Shown: positions 20,085 to 31,229 of the stretch, piece by piece
Position numbering within the stretch: position 1 is the stretch's first letter
Layout: each line of letters starts with the position of its first letter
Assembly: GCA_017397545.1 (NCBI GenBank)
Contig: JAFQIK010000029.1
Span: forward strand, 27,264-91,263
DNA from: Clostridia bacterium
GTDB lineage: Bacteria > Bacillota > Clostridia > TANB77 > CAG-508
Length of the DNA stretch: 64,000 nucleotides
Direction of reading: 5' to 3'
Made by a program: the position numbers and the translations under genes
The notes under the pieces: generated by a model
What the model saw: only the letters and a program-made list of their open reading frames with translations
The model's database searches: none
What the model was told of the DNA's origin: nothing

Positions 20085-20978
20085 TTATATTTCTATAATT
20101 TTTTTAATAATATTTTCATCTTCTATTATATTAATTCCAAAACACTTTTTACCTAAATCTTTTATTGAAGCACCACAATGATATAATTCTTTATTATCAA
20201 TAGCTATAAATCTATCATGGAATTTATCTGTTTTTGCAACTTTTAATATTGGATATTCTTTATTAAATTTTTGGATATCTAATTTTGAAATATTACTCTT
20301 ATCAGATGTTAATACTACTACTTCTACATCTTTATTTTTCTTTGTTAGCATTTTTAGCACACTATCATCAATATAATTATCAATAATTAAAATTTTTTGC
20401 TTTGCTTTTCTTATAATATCTATTATTAAACTATATGCATCGTATATTTGTCCTTCAAAAAATATTTTTTGTTTTATATTTTCTTCTTGTTGTAATTGAT
20501 TAAACACTTCATCAAATTTTTTATCATGTTCTAGTAATTTATATTCTACATTTATAAGTCTATTAAACATCTCTGAATTACTAGATAAGAATCTTCTCAT
20601 TTCTACGAACGCATCCATAATATTTATACTTACTTGTACTGCAATCTGATTTCTTAATAGTCCTGATAGCATAGCAATTCCTTGCTCAGTAAATGCATAA
20701 GGCAAATATCTTCTACCTCCATAGTTTTCTTTTTCTAAACTTGAGGTCACAATTTGTGACCTCAAGTTTTCTACTTCATTTTCATTTAATTGAAAACAAA
20801 ACTTTTCAGGAAATCTATCTATATTCCTTTTTACAGTTTGATTAATTTTCTTTGTTTCATAGTGATATAACATAGCTACATCTTTATCTAACATAACTTG
20901 TTTTCCTCTTATTGTGTATATTAAGTTTTTTATATTGTAATTTCCTATATCTAACATTTTTTCTTCCAAACACATCAC
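20085..20978 (-). CDS. ORF6N domain protein, paralog 2
   Basis: Same architecture as 18392-19306; the upstream leader and downstream terminator are also duplicated. Confidence 0.65.
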   Translation of the reverse strand: MMCLEEKMLDIGNYNIKNLIYTIRGKQVMLDKDVAMLYHYETKKINQTVKRNIDRFPEKFCFQLNENEVENLRSQIVTSSLEKENYGGRRYLPYAFTEQGIAMLSGLLRNQIAVQVSINIMDAFVEMRRFLSSNSEMFNRLINVEYKLLEHDKKFDEVFNQLQQEENIKQKIFFEGQIYDAYSLIIDIIRKAKQKILIIDNYIDDSVLKMLTKKNKDVEVVVLTSDKSNISKLDIQKFNKEYPILKVAKTDKFHDRFIAIDNKELYHCGASIKDLGKKCFGINIIEDENIIKKIIEI

Positions 20979-21244
20979 ATCCTTTGTTTAAGTATATTTA
21001 GTTTAAAACATTTGTTTGCACGTGTCAAGTATTTTTGGTAAATTTTGTAAAATAGTTTGTGGACTATTTTTACAATATACTTATAATATACAAAAGCTCT
21101 TAAAATCGTTAAAGATTCAATATTTGAAATTAACTAAGAGATAATCAAATACAAACATACCAAAATCCAGAATTTATATTCTGGATTTTTTCTTTTTTAC
21201 GGAAAGCGCCCCGATTAACTTCTGTTAATCGGGGCGAGCAATAC

Positions 21245-21460
21245 TTATTCAATAGGGATGACATGCCAACATCCACCTTTGAAGGTGTCGAGCCACTTAA
21301 GCTCATAGCCTGCATCAGCAACCATTTTCTTGGTTGCATCTTCAAATCTATATTCCTTTTCCCTAAATTCGGGCATAGGCATACAATTGAAGTTGCACTC
21401 CTTTATTGATCCAATTGCTCTTTCTACGATGCTTTTTTCCATCGTGCTACCTCCTGGCAA
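21245..21460 (-). CDS. small hypothetical protein on an atypically GC-rich segment
   Basis: 71 aa ORF with local GC about 40 % against about 25 % background; a GC-rich hairpin (gccccgattaac..gttaatcggggc) lies just downstream. Confidence 0.35.
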   Translation of the reverse strand: MPGGSTMEKSIVERAIGSIKECNFNCMPMPEFREKEYRFEDATKKMVADAGYELKWLDTFKGGCWHVIPIE

Positions 21461-21584
21461 TTTGCCATAAATTTTTAAACTGTCTTAACCAAAGTAGTAT
21501 TTGCGAGGTTAAGTAAAGTTTAATTAATCATATTTCACATAAAAAAGGAAGCTTTAATGCTTCCTTGCTGTATTTTTTACTTTA

Positions 21585-22124
21585 TTAATAATTTTCAGCT
21601 TTTATTTCAAAGTGTGCTTTTGGATGTGCACATACTGGACATACTTCTGGAGCTTCTTTTCCAATATGAATATGCCCACAATTTCTACATTTCCATATTT
21701 TTTCTCCATCTCTGCTAAATACTAATCCATTTTCTACGTTTTCTAATAATTTCATATATCTTTCTTCATGTTCTTTTTCTACTTTTGCAACACCTTCAAA
21801 TAAATCTGCTATATGGTCAAATCCTTCTTCTCTAGCTTCTTTAGCCATTCTGTCATACATATCTGTCCATTCGTAGTTTTCTCCTTCTGCTGCTGCTTTT
21901 AAATTTTCTGCAGTTGTTCCAATCCCACCATGTAATAGTTTAAACCACATTTTAGCATGTTCTTTTTCGTTGTCAGCTGTTTCTTGGAATATTGCTGCAA
22001 TTTGCTCATATCCTTCTTTTTTTGCTTTACTTGCAAAATATGTATATTTATTTCTTGCTTGTGATTCACCAGCAAATGCCTCCATTAAATTTTTTTCTGT
22101 TTTTGTTCCTCTTAAATCTGCCAT
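21585..22124 (-). CDS. rbr: rubrerythrin
   Basis: Ferritin-like diiron EExH motifs plus a C-terminal rubredoxin-like CxxC...CxxC (KCRNCGHIH...CPVCAHPK). Confidence 0.9.
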   Translation of the reverse strand: MADLRGTKTEKNLMEAFAGESQARNKYTYFASKAKKEGYEQIAAIFQETADNEKEHAKMWFKLLHGGIGTTAENLKAAAEGENYEWTDMYDRMAKEAREEGFDHIADLFEGVAKVEKEHEERYMKLLENVENGLVFSRDGEKIWKCRNCGHIHIGKEAPEVCPVCAHPKAHFEIKAENY

Positions 22125-22234
22125 TTTTTTACCTCCTAATTATATATTTATTTGATTTTATTTATATCATAGTATGTTCTTTTTATCAAGATTTTTATTT
22201 GCTGATTTATAAATTTAATTTTTTATATTGTTTG

Positions 22235-22257
22235 CGGGCGATTAAAATCGCCCCTAC
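22235..22257. repeat. single REP
   Basis: gggcgattaaaatcgcccctaca. Confidence 0.6.
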
Positions 22258-22317
22258 ATTTACTCTACATTTGTTGTTTTGGCGTGAACAATAAAAAATT
22301 CTTAATTTTATAATTAT

Positions 22318-23019
22318 TATTGTATTACCTCTGTTATATCCTCTTGTTTCATTCCTTCTAAATTATAATAACTTTGTGGTACCTCACCAACAATTACGGT
22401 TTCTACTAATAAAACCTGATTTACTATTTCTTCATCTATTGTTTTATATTCACTTACTATACTAACCTTGGAGGTTAATTCTAAATATATTCTATATACT
22501 GTCTGATTAATTCCCTTCGATTCAAACTCATTTTTTATTTCTGTTAAAACGTTTCCTGTAGGAATTACCTGTATATTTATATCTGGTCCGCACTCCTGTT
22601 AAATATTTGTTTCCTGTTATAGCACCAATTGGTATTTGTATTTCTTCACCTTCCAATTCCATAAACTGTTTTTCGGCTTCTAATGCTATATCTGATGCAA
22701 TTTTATTAATTACAACTACATCTGTTTTTAAAACTCTTTCTTCTCCTTTTTCTTCTATACTTACTATATTTGTATAATCTATATTGTCTAATATAATATT
22801 TGATGCATTATTAATTATGTATGTACCTATTCCTCTAGCTTTTTCTATGCATAATTTTTCAAATATTGGATTAAGATACGAAAACAAATTATAAAAAGTA
22901 TAACATGTTATTAATATTATAACAAAAATGCTAAAAAATTTTTTAGCATTTTTATTCTTTGTATAAAATCCTTTTATCTTAGGAATTTTTATTCTTCTTC
23001 TTGAATATATACTATCCAT
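22318..23019 (-). CDS. yunB: sporulation protein YunB; needs +1 recoding at in-frame CGG (plus-strand G about 22590)
   Basis: ..ACA GGA GTG C GGA CCA GAT ATA AAT..; skipping the C continues as TGVGPDINIQVIPTGNVLTEIKNEFESKGINQTVYRIYLEL.., the conserved YunB C-terminal domain; the zero frame stops after 18 unrelated residues. Confidence 0.8.
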
Positions 23020-23023
23020 TTTA

Positions 23024-24562
23024 TTATACCGCTATATTTCTATTTACAGATTTAGGAATATATAGCTGTTGACCTACATATATTTTGTTTTCATCTTCTA
23101 TGTTATTTACTCTTGCTATATCCTCTATGGTACTTCTAAACTTTTTAGCAATTTTCCATAATGTATCTCCTGGTTTTACAAAATATATTACCATACTATA
23201 TATATTATTTTCAGAGCTTTCCTCCCTTGATATTTCATCTATTATATTTATCTTTTCATTTTTACTAATACTAACATTAAATTCTAGCTCTATCTTTGTA
23301 CTTATATTCCCTCCATTTACTACAAACTCCTCTCTCTTTATATCTACAATAGTATCTATATTAGAATTTTCTGTTACACTATCACAATTTATTTGAAAAT
23401 TAAATGGTATTTGTATATTCCTAGAATCCATTCCATTACTTATAGCAAAAAGAACCTCTAAATTTAATTCTCCTTCGTAAATAATTTTTCCATTTCTAAC
23501 TATAGTATTTTGTATAATTGGTATTGTTTGTACATTATATAATTGATTATCTCCAATTTCTGAAATTGCAAATTGCTCATTTATATTACATATGTCTTTC
23601 ATATTTGTTTTATCTTGCATTGTAACTATTTTATTTTGTGTAAATCTTAAATCTGCCTCAATACTATATAAATCTTCTATCAAATTAATATTTCTTGTTT
23701 CATATGCAAAACATGTTATTTCTATTTCAGCTTCTACATATATAGAGTGAGCATCTACATTGTTAGGCTTTACTATAAAATTTTTAATCTTATAATTTAT
23801 ATCACAAATATTATTATCACTAATATTTTCTATATCTATAAATCCCATTATTGGAATTCTAGCACTAATATTTTTTATCCTATTATCTTCTGTTAAATAC
23901 ATAATTGAAATTTCTGATTCTGCTTTTGCTAGAACTTTATTATAACTTAGCTTCATATCTCTATCTACGATTTTAATTGAAGCCTTCATAATCTCTGCTA
24001 AATCATCTACAGCGTCTATACTTATTGTATCCTTTGCATAAACTTTAGTATTTCCCTCTCCTATTAAAGAATTAACTGTCTTTCGATTATTTAGCATTTG
24101 AATGTCTTCTAAATTATTAATATTAGATACTATTTGGATATTTTCATTTGAATATATTTCCAGTTCCATTTCTAATACTACTTTTACATTTATCTTTCTT
24201 CCATTTAGAATTCTTGTTTCTATTTTCTTTATATTTACTTTTTCATTTGCCAACATATAAGACATGCAATTTTCTATATCTATCATACCTGTAAAGTCAA
24301 TAACTGTGTTTAGACTTCTTACAGCACTATCTTCACTATCAGCTAAGTATATAATATATGTATTAATACTTCCATCTAGTCTTACTTTTCCATCCATTAC
24401 TTCTTTTTTATATACACATGGTATTCCACTGGTACTAATTATACTTAATACATCTGGTTTAATATCATTTACTATAACATCTCCTTCTACTATAATTTCT
24501 TCTTTCTTTTGTCCAACTTTTTTGTTTATGCATACACTCTCTTTTTCTGTTTCTAGTAGCAT
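23024..24562 (-). CDS. SipL/SpoVID-like spore morphogenetic protein (DUF3794-like N-domain, C-terminal LysM)
   Basis: 512 aa; C-terminal LysM (YFVKPGDTLWKIAKKF..IEDIARVNNIEDENKIYVGQQLYIP). Confidence 0.6.
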   Translation of the reverse strand: MLLETEKESVCINKKVGQKKEEIIVEGDVIVNDIKPDVLSIISTSGIPCVYKKEVMDGKVRLDGSINTYIIYLADSEDSAVRSLNTVIDFTGMIDIENCMSYMLANEKVNIKKIETRILNGRKINVKVVLEMELEIYSNENIQIVSNINNLEDIQMLNNRKTVNSLIGEGNTKVYAKDTISIDAVDDLAEIMKASIKIVDRDMKLSYNKVLAKAESEISIMYLTEDNRIKNISARIPIMGFIDIENISDNNICDINYKIKNFIVKPNNVDAHSIYVEAEIEITCFAYETRNINLIEDLYSIEADLRFTQNKIVTMQDKTNMKDICNINEQFAISEIGDNQLYNVQTIPIIQNTIVRNGKIIYEGELNLEVLFAISNGMDSRNIQIPFNFQINCDSVTENSNIDTIVDIKREEFVVNGGNISTKIELEFNVSISKNEKINIIDEISREESSENNIYSMVIYFVKPGDTLWKIAKKFRSTIEDIARVNNIEDENKIYVGQQLYIPKSVNRNIAV

Positions 24563-24657
24563 ATAAAATCCCTCCTTAAAAGTTTAATAATATATATTAT
24601 ATTTAGAAGGATAAAAAAAATTCCTAAAAATTAGGAATTTTTGACTTTATTATATTT

Positions 24658-24939
24658 TTACTTTTGTAATGGTGGTATTAATGGACAATATCCTTCTCCA
24701 TCAAATACTGAAACTTCTAAATCTCTTGTAAGTATATCCGTATATCTGTAGCTAACATTAGTATCATGTTCTTCATATTTTACTACAAAAATATTTGGAT
24801 ATGTTTCTTTTATAACCGCTTGTTCTTCAAAAGGTTTATTTCTCCCTAGTGATCCTTTTACAATTATCTTTTGTCCTATTTTTTCGCCTATTTCATTTTT
24901 AATGCTAGAAATATCATTTTTGTAAATCATAAACCTCAC
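24658..24939 (-). CDS. veg: Veg-like small protein
   Basis: ..KGSLGRNKPFEEQAVIKETYPNIFVVKYEEHDTNVSYRYTDILT.. matches the Veg/DUF1021 pattern. Confidence 0.7.
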   Translation of the reverse strand: MRFMIYKNDISSIKNEIGEKIGQKIIVKGSLGRNKPFEEQAVIKETYPNIFVVKYEEHDTNVSYRYTDILTRDLEVSVFDGEGYCPLIPPLQK

Positions 24940-25102
24940 GCACCTTCATATTTAAGATGTCGCTATTATACCATTTTACGTGAAAATTGTCAAAAAACAT
25001 CTCCTTGCATTTTTGTCCTATTTCCTTTGCGGCTGTAAGTTTACATGTCTTTTATTTGTCAAATATTACAATTGTATTACATTGTTGTTACATTCTTATT
25101 AC

Positions 25103-25921
25103 TTACCCTATTATCCTCCTTTTTCCCCTTGCTCCAATTCCGCTAACTCCCTTTGCTCCTTCTTTTATCTCTTTTGCAATTTCATAACTACTTACAAATT
25201 TATAATCCTCTGTAATAGCAATTTTTTCTGCAACTATTAATGGATCTACAAAATCTATTAAAATTCTACCAGGAGATGATGCAAAATCTGCACCTGCTGA
25301 TATTATACCTTCATAAAAGCTTTGACATGCTCCAGCAAATATTGCTAATTTTTCGGAACTCTTTCCCCATTTTCTTGCTTCTTTTACTGTATTTATAAAA
25401 TACCTAGAATTCCTATAATTGTATATGTTATTATAGTTACTGCCTCTTTTTAACATTGCATCATGCCCAGTTATTATTAATATATCTGGATTATATTTGT
25501 TTAAAAGTGGTATTACTACTTTCTCTTGTTTATTCTCTGCTATATTTTTTACTACTGCATTAAGCCCAATTTTATTATAATATCTACTAGACTTTTCACT
25601 GTACTTTTTATCTCCATCCAAATGCAATATTTTTCCTGTATAAATCCTTTGTCTTATTAAATTTCTATTTACTTTACGTTCTTCTATTATCCTTTGTAAC
25701 TCCGTCTCAGATCTTTTTATACTATTTACAACTTCTTGCTTACTAATTACTTCTAAGTCTTCCATTGGGCTATCTGCCATTATACGAATATTTAATCCTT
25801 TTAGTATTGCAAACTCATTATTTAACCTACTTTTTAATATTTTATCTACAATAAAAAAAACATCTTTTCCATAAGATTTTCTACCTACAATATCTCCTTT
25901 TCTTATTTTCATAACTACCAC
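25103..25921 (-). CDS. yabG: sporulation-specific protease YabG
   Basis: MKIRKGDIVGRKSYGKDVFFIVDKI...PDILIITGHDAM... conserved YabG layout. Confidence 0.8.
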   Translation of the reverse strand: MVVMKIRKGDIVGRKSYGKDVFFIVDKILKSRLNNEFAILKGLNIRIMADSPMEDLEVISKQEVVNSIKRSETELQRIIEERKVNRNLIRQRIYTGKILHLDGDKKYSEKSSRYYNKIGLNAVVKNIAENKQEKVVIPLLNKYNPDILIITGHDAMLKRGSNYNNIYNYRNSRYFINTVKEARKWGKSSEKLAIFAGACQSFYEGIISAGADFASSPGRILIDFVDPLIVAEKIAITEDYKFVSSYEIAKEIKEGAKGVSGIGARGKRRIIG

Positions 25922-25999
25922 TCCATAATAATTAGCTACTATATTTTATGTCGAAGATTGTAGTTTTGTGAAAAAATGTCTAAAAGGGATGTTTCTATA

Positions 26000-26263
26000 C
26001 TAAGAAACATCCCTTTTTGAACTATATTTTAGTTTGGTAGCCATGCCACCTCTTATATGTCTTTCAGCCTTGTTCTCATCTAATACTTTTCTAACTTCTA
26101 TAGCCAGTGCTTTATTTATATGTATTAATCTTTCGCTTACATCTTTATGTACTGTTGATTTTGAAATTCCAAATTTTTTTGCAGCTCCCCTTACTGTATC
26201 TTTCGAATCTATAATATACTGTGCTAAACTTATTGCACGCTCTTCTATTGATATATTTCTCAT
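26000..26263 (-). CDS. spoIIID: stage III sporulation protein D (HTH regulator)
   Basis: AISLAQYIIDSKDTVRGAAKKFGISKSTVHKDVSERL. Confidence 0.85.
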   Translation of the reverse strand: MRNISIEERAISLAQYIIDSKDTVRGAAKKFGISKSTVHKDVSERLIHINKALAIEVRKVLDENKAERHIRGGMATKLKYSSKRDVS

Positions 26264-26451
26264 AAAGCAAAACCTCCACTTTAGAATACATTTGTTTAAT
26301 TGTATTCGAGTAGAGATTTAATTAGAACAACAGTGGACTTTCTTTTGTGTCAGACTGTTTAAATTTATTGCAAAGTCCACGGCTGTTGTTCGTCCGCCAA
26401 AATTTTGAAAAAATTTTGTGTGGAATATTTGCCAAGCTTTTTTGTTGAATA

Positions 26452-27290
26452 TGGAAAATCATCGATTTTTCCTATTCAAGAACGAAAGTTTTTTCAAAAT
26501 AACTAAATGCCAAAAATCTCCGTCCCTAATGACAGCATATTATTCTGAATATATTAATGGTTCCAAGACAGGATTAATTATAATACATGGACTTGCAGAA
26601 CATAAAGGAAGATATGAAGATTTTATTAAACAACTTTTAAAAAATAATATTTCTGTTTTTGCAATTGATTTACGAGGACATGGTGAGAGTTCTGGTCAAC
26701 GAGGCGATATAAAAGACTTCTCAAATTACTTAACTGATCTACATTATTTTGTAAGTTATATAAAAGAAAAATATCCAAATTTAAAATTAGCAATTTTCGG
26801 ACATTCTTTTGGAGGACAAATAGCTAGTGCTTATGTTTCTACATATAATAAAGTTGATTTATTAATTTTATCGAGCCCTCTACTAGAAGCTCCTTCAAAA
26901 TCAAAATTATTCAATATTATTCCTTATAAAAAATTAGGTTTTATAAAACTAAAGAAAAGACATAGTGAAAGCAAAGAAATGCTAGAATATAGTAAAAATG
27001 ATGATTTAGCCTGTCATCATTTCACATTGAGATTAGTTGGAATTATGTTTAAACAAGGAATAAACTATATTACAGATAGATTTAAATATATAAAGTTGCC
27101 AGTCCTTTTACTTGGTGGAAAGTTAGATCCGCTTATTAACTGTGAAAATCTGCCATTAATATTAGAGAAATTTGGAAGCAATGATAAAACAATTAAAATA
27201 TATGATAAAGTAAAACATCGTATTGTTCAGAATGATTATAAAGATAAGATTATACAAGAAATAATAGAATGGATTAATATACATTCTTGA
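26452..27290 (+). CDS. alpha/beta hydrolase (lysophospholipase / monoacylglycerol lipase family)
   Basis: IIIHGLAEHKGRYE, GHSFGG nucleophile elbow; start is ambiguous (26452 or 26527). Confidence 0.75.
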
Positions 27291-27466
27291 TAAATTTTTA
27301 AAGCAAAACCTCCACTAGAATACAACAAATGTATTCTAGTGGAGGTTTTAGTTTTATAATATAATTATTAAATCAGTACTATAACCCGTCTTGACTTTAT
27401 GTTGATTTGTGATATAATATTGCCATTAGTTTACACTAATAATTTATATAAGAAAGGAATGTTTTT

Positions 27467-28531
27467 ATGGCAAACCAATTTACTACTCGGAAATTAATAT
27501 CAAGCAATTTAGGAATGCTTCGGGTGTTACAATCTGGCAATTTCTCTGTTAAGGACGACGGTCTTAAAGGAATTGTTAACAAGGTAAATTCATCTTGGCC
27601 AACACTTAAAAAGGTAAAAATGGATATGATAGAAGCAAAAATTATAAGTGAAGATTTCAAAATAAACTCATCATTTGCATTTTTTGTTGGAATAAGCATA
27701 TACCAGAATACTATTGAAATTTCTGTTGTTGGACTAGATGGCAAACCTTTATCATGGGATTTTCTTTCTTCTCACATTAATAATTGTCCTAAAAATTTTG
27801 ATGGAAAACTCTCATTTGACTATTCAATGTCAAGTTTGATTGATGCTTCAAATTCTCTTAAACAATTAATTTGTGATTTGGAATGTTGTTTTCCTATTAA
27901 AGCAATCTGTTTTTCATTTGACGACATTAATTTGAAAAATAAAACATTTTCATTTTCAAATTATTTTACAGGATATACTACTTCTATGTACTCCTTCAAT
28001 GATTTTTGTGATCTTTGCTTAAAAGATATTTCGGATAACATAGAATTATATTTAGACTGTAATTCTGTTTGTCAAATTATATCAGAGGAATTTCCCTGTT
28101 GTAAAAAAGATAATGATAGTGTATATATTAATATTTCACAAACTGGATGTTATGCAACTACAATAATTCATAATAAAATTCGTAATTTAAAATCATTTGA
28201 AATTTCAAATTTAATTACTGAATCAGAAAAACATCTTCTGCTTGAAAATACTGTTTCAAGTTCTGAATTTTTCTCAATTTGTAAAAAGCTAATTTATCCA
28301 TTTTCATTTTCTTTGTTACCTGAATATTTTTCTATAGGCCATTATTCATTGAAAAAAAACTCAGATATTTTTACAAATTTTATTTTGCAAAAGTTTGATG
28401 TTTTTAAAGAATTTGGATTTACGGAAAATAATATCCCTGATTTTAAATTTGATACAATCTCATCACTTAGCAAAGGTGCTGCACTCTCTGCAATGTATCA
28501 ATACTATGGTTGGGATTATACTTGCATTTAA
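27467..28531 (+). CDS. hypothetical ASKHA/ROK-like protein; N-terminus doubtful (alternative start at 27622)
   Basis: Long ORF; FFVGISIY..VVGLDGKPL resembles an actin-like ATPase motif. The first 20 codons hold two in-frame CGGs; a second ATG with RBS AAAAGGTAAAA lies at 27622. Confidence 0.5.
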   Translation: MANQFTTRKLISSNLGMLRVLQSGNFSVKDDGLKGIVNKVNSSWPTLKKVKMDMIEAKIISEDFKINSSFAFFVGISIYQNTIEISVVGLDGKPLSWDFLSSHINNCPKNFDGKLSFDYSMSSLIDASNSLKQLICDLECCFPIKAICFSFDDINLKNKTFSFSNYFTGYTTSMYSFNDFCDLCLKDISDNIELYLDCNSVCQIISEEFPCCKKDNDSVYINISQTGCYATTIIHNKIRNLKSFEISNLITESEKHLLLENTVSSSEFFSICKKLIYPFSFSLLPEYFSIGHYSLKKNSDIFTNFILQKFDVFKEFGFTENNIPDFKFDTISSLSKGAALSAMYQYYGWDYTCI

Positions 28532-28558
28532 AAAACATTCATCTGAAGTTGTAACTTC

Positions 28559-28592
28559 AAACAAAAAAGAAACCGTGGTGGTTTCTTTTTTG
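28559..28592. terminator. bidirectional terminator between the convergent hypothetical gene and purC
   Basis: aaaaaagaaaccgtggtggtttcttttttg. Confidence 0.7.
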
Positions 28593-28600
28593 TTATTATA

Positions 28601-29296
28601 TTATCTATTAAGTATAAGTTTTGTAAGTTCAACTGGTTCAACTATTTTTCCATCTTTATAAACTCTCATGTTTCCAGATGCTATTTCGTCTATAAGAATT
28701 ACTTCGTTATTATTATAACCAAATTCAAATTTAATATCCCATAAATCAAGTCCAATTGATTTTAAATCATCTGCAACTATTTTTGTAATTTTTAATGTTT
28801 GTTCTTTCATACTTTCAAACATTTCTGGTGTCATAACTCCAAGTGCTGCAAGTCCTTCTTTAGTTACTAGTGGATCACCTTTCTCATCATTTTTAAATGT
28901 ACATTCAACATATCCACCTTCTAGAGTTGTACCATCTTCTATGTATTCTCCATATCTACGTACAAAACTACCTGTTGCAACAAGACGACATATAACTTCT
29001 AATCCATGTCCAAATACAGTAGCTGGTAATACTTCCATAGTAGCTTCATCAATATTTGCTCCTACATAATGTGTTTTTATTCCAGCTTCCTTAAGAAGTT
29101 CAAAATAACGTATAGATGTTTCTAAGTTAGCTTTTCCAATGCCTTCTATAGTAAGACCTACACTATTTTCTCCTGGATCAAATACTCCATCTTTTCCTGT
29201 ACAATCATCTTTAAATTTTAACATTACATTTCCATTTTCTAATGAATAAACATCTTTTGTTTTACCTTCATAAATTTTTTTCATAAGATACGACAT
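28601..29296 (-). CDS. purC: phosphoribosylaminoimidazole-succinocarboxamide synthase
   Basis: [24 protein letters not shown]..; full-length SAICAR synthetase. Confidence 0.9.
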   Translation of the reverse strand: MSYLMKKIYEGKTKDVYSLENGNVMLKFKDDCTGKDGVFDPGENSVGLTIEGIGKANLETSIRYFELLKEAGIKTHYVGANIDEATMEVLPATVFGHGLEVICRLVATGSFVRRYGEYIEDGTTLEGGYVECTFKNDEKGDPLVTKEGLAALGVMTPEMFESMKEQTLKITKIVADDLKSIGLDLWDIKFEFGYNNNEVILIDEIASGNMRVYKDGKIVEPVELTKLILNR

Positions 29297-29476
29297 TCCT
29301 TTCTTTTCTTAATTTTGACTATATTTTATCACTTTATTTTTATTTTGAATACATTTTTTGTAAAAAAAATAATTTTTTTTTGATTTTTTGGGCATAATAA
29401 TAACTATTTAAGCTGTTGCACACTATTAAAAATTGTGATATATTATTTAGGAATTATTTTTGTGAGGTGACTTTAT

Positions 29477-30862
29477 ATGGAAATTATAAAAAATTTATTT
29501 TTAGACATGGATAGCTACATCAATAAAGAAGTTACTGTAGAAGGTTGGGTAAGAACTGTTAGAGATTCTAAAACATTCGGATTTATAGAATTAAATGATG
29601 GTAGCTATTTTAAAAATATACAAATTGTTTTTGATGATACTTTAGATAATTTTGCAGAAATTTGTAAATTACCACTTAGTTCATCAATAGAAGTTACTGG
29701 TACTTTTATTAAAACAGAAGGAGCAAAACAACCTTTTGAAATAAAAGCTACTAAAATAACATTAGAATATGCATCTGATTTAGATTATCCTCTTCAAAAG
29801 AAGAGACATACTTTTGAATATTTAAGAACAATATCTCATTTAAGACCTAGAACAAATACTTTTAATGCAGTATTTAGAGTACGCAGCGTTTTATCTTATG
29901 CAATACACAAATTCTTTCAAGAAAGAGGATTTGTATATGTTCATACACCAATAATTACTTCTAGTGATTGCGAGGGTGCAGGAGAAATGTTTAATGTAAG
30001 TACATTAGATATTAACAATTTACAAAAAACAGAAGATGGACAAGTTGATTATTCTAAAGACTTTTTCGGAAAGCCAGCACATCTTACAGTTAGTGGTCAA
30101 TTAAATGTTGAAACTTATGCTTTTGCTTTTAGAAATGTTTATACATTTGGTCCTACTTTTAGATCAGAAAATTCTAACACAGTAAAACATGCTTCTGAAT
30201 TTTGGATGATAGAACCTGAAATTTGTTTTGCAGATTTAAAAGATGATATGGACTTAGCAGAAGATATGGTTAAATATATTATAAAATATGTTATGGATAA
30301 TTGCCCAGAAGAAATGAATTTCTTTAATTCTTTTATAGATAAAGGATTGTTTGATAAATTAAATAATGTTGTAAATTCAAATTTTGCTAGAATAACATAC
30401 ACAGATGCAATTAAAGAATTAGAAAAAAATAATGCTAATTTTGAATTTCCTGTACATTGGGGTTCAGACCTTCAAACAGAGCATGAAAGATATTTGTGTG
30501 AAGTATTATTTAAAAAACCAGTATTTGTAACAGATTATCCAGCTGAAATAAAAGCATTTTATATGAAACAAAACCCAGATGGAAAAACAGTTGCAGCAGC
30601 TGACCTACTTGCTCCTGGAATTGGAGAAATTATTGGTGGTAGCCAAAGAGAAGACGATTTAGAAGTACTAAAAAATAAAATAAAATCTCTTGGCATGAAA
30701 GAAGAAGACTATTGGTGGTATTTAGATTTAAGAAAATACGGTAGTGTAAGACACGCTGGATTTGGTTTAGGCTTTGAAAGAATGATGATGTATTTAACAG
30801 GTATGCAAAATATACGTGATGTAATACCATTTGCAAGAACACCAAAAAATTGTGAATTCTAA
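29477..30862 (+). CDS. asnS: asparagine--tRNA ligase
   Basis: Class II aaRS motifs, AsnRS-specific ..[30 protein letters not shown].. Confidence 0.92.
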   Translation: MEIIKNLFLDMDSYINKEVTVEGWVRTVRDSKTFGFIELNDGSYFKNIQIVFDDTLDNFAEICKLPLSSSIEVTGTFIKTEGAKQPFEIKATKITLEYASDLDYPLQKKRHTFEYLRTISHLRPRTNTFNAVFRVRSVLSYAIHKFFQERGFVYVHTPIITSSDCEGAGEMFNVSTLDINNLQKTEDGQVDYSKDFFGKPAHLTVSGQLNVETYAFAFRNVYTFGPTFRSENSNTVKHASEFWMIEPEICFADLKDDMDLAEDMVKYIIKYVMDNCPEEMNFFNSFIDKGLFDKLNNVVNSNFARITYTDAIKELEKNNANFEFPVHWGSDLQTEHERYLCEVLFKKPVFVTDYPAEIKAFYMKQNPDGKTVAAADLLAPGIGEIIGGSQREDDLEVLKNKIKSLGMKEEDYWWYLDLRKYGSVRHAGFGLGFERMMMYLTGMQNIRDVIPFARTPKNCEF

Positions 30863-31095
30863 TAATGAAAAGGAACATTTATTACTATCAACAAATGTTC
30901 CTTTTCTAATTAACCTCTTCCATTTAAACCTCCTTGTTATAAAATTAATACTTTTCGTATCTATAAGAAGAGTATTTATATAATCAACTAGATTGTTACT
31001 TCTAACATATCCTAGTTGTATTTTTATTTTAACACACTTTACATAATCTGTCAACATTTATTGTATATTGCATAATTTAAATTTATAGAGTAAAT

Positions 31096-31192
31096 GTAGG
31101 GGCGACTAGTAGTCGCCCGTCACTTCGAAGCGTTGCTAAAAAATTATTAATAGTTATTCCTACGAAAAACGAGCGAACACAGTTCGCCCCTA
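31096..31192. repeat. REPIN-like element (GTAG-hairpin plus degenerate inverted partner)
   Basis: gtaggggcgactagtagtcgcccgtcacttcgaag ... cgagcgaacacagttcgcccctaaaaa. Confidence 0.65.
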
Positions 31193-31229
31193 AAAATTTC
31201 GAAATTAAATCTGCTATACAAATTACAAT

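Noticed and set aside
21160-21240. The two hairpins near 21160-21240 as a regulatory riboswitch
   Set aside because: They are simple stem-loops with U-tracts, best explained as terminators of the convergent or duplicated modules. There is no conserved riboswitch core.
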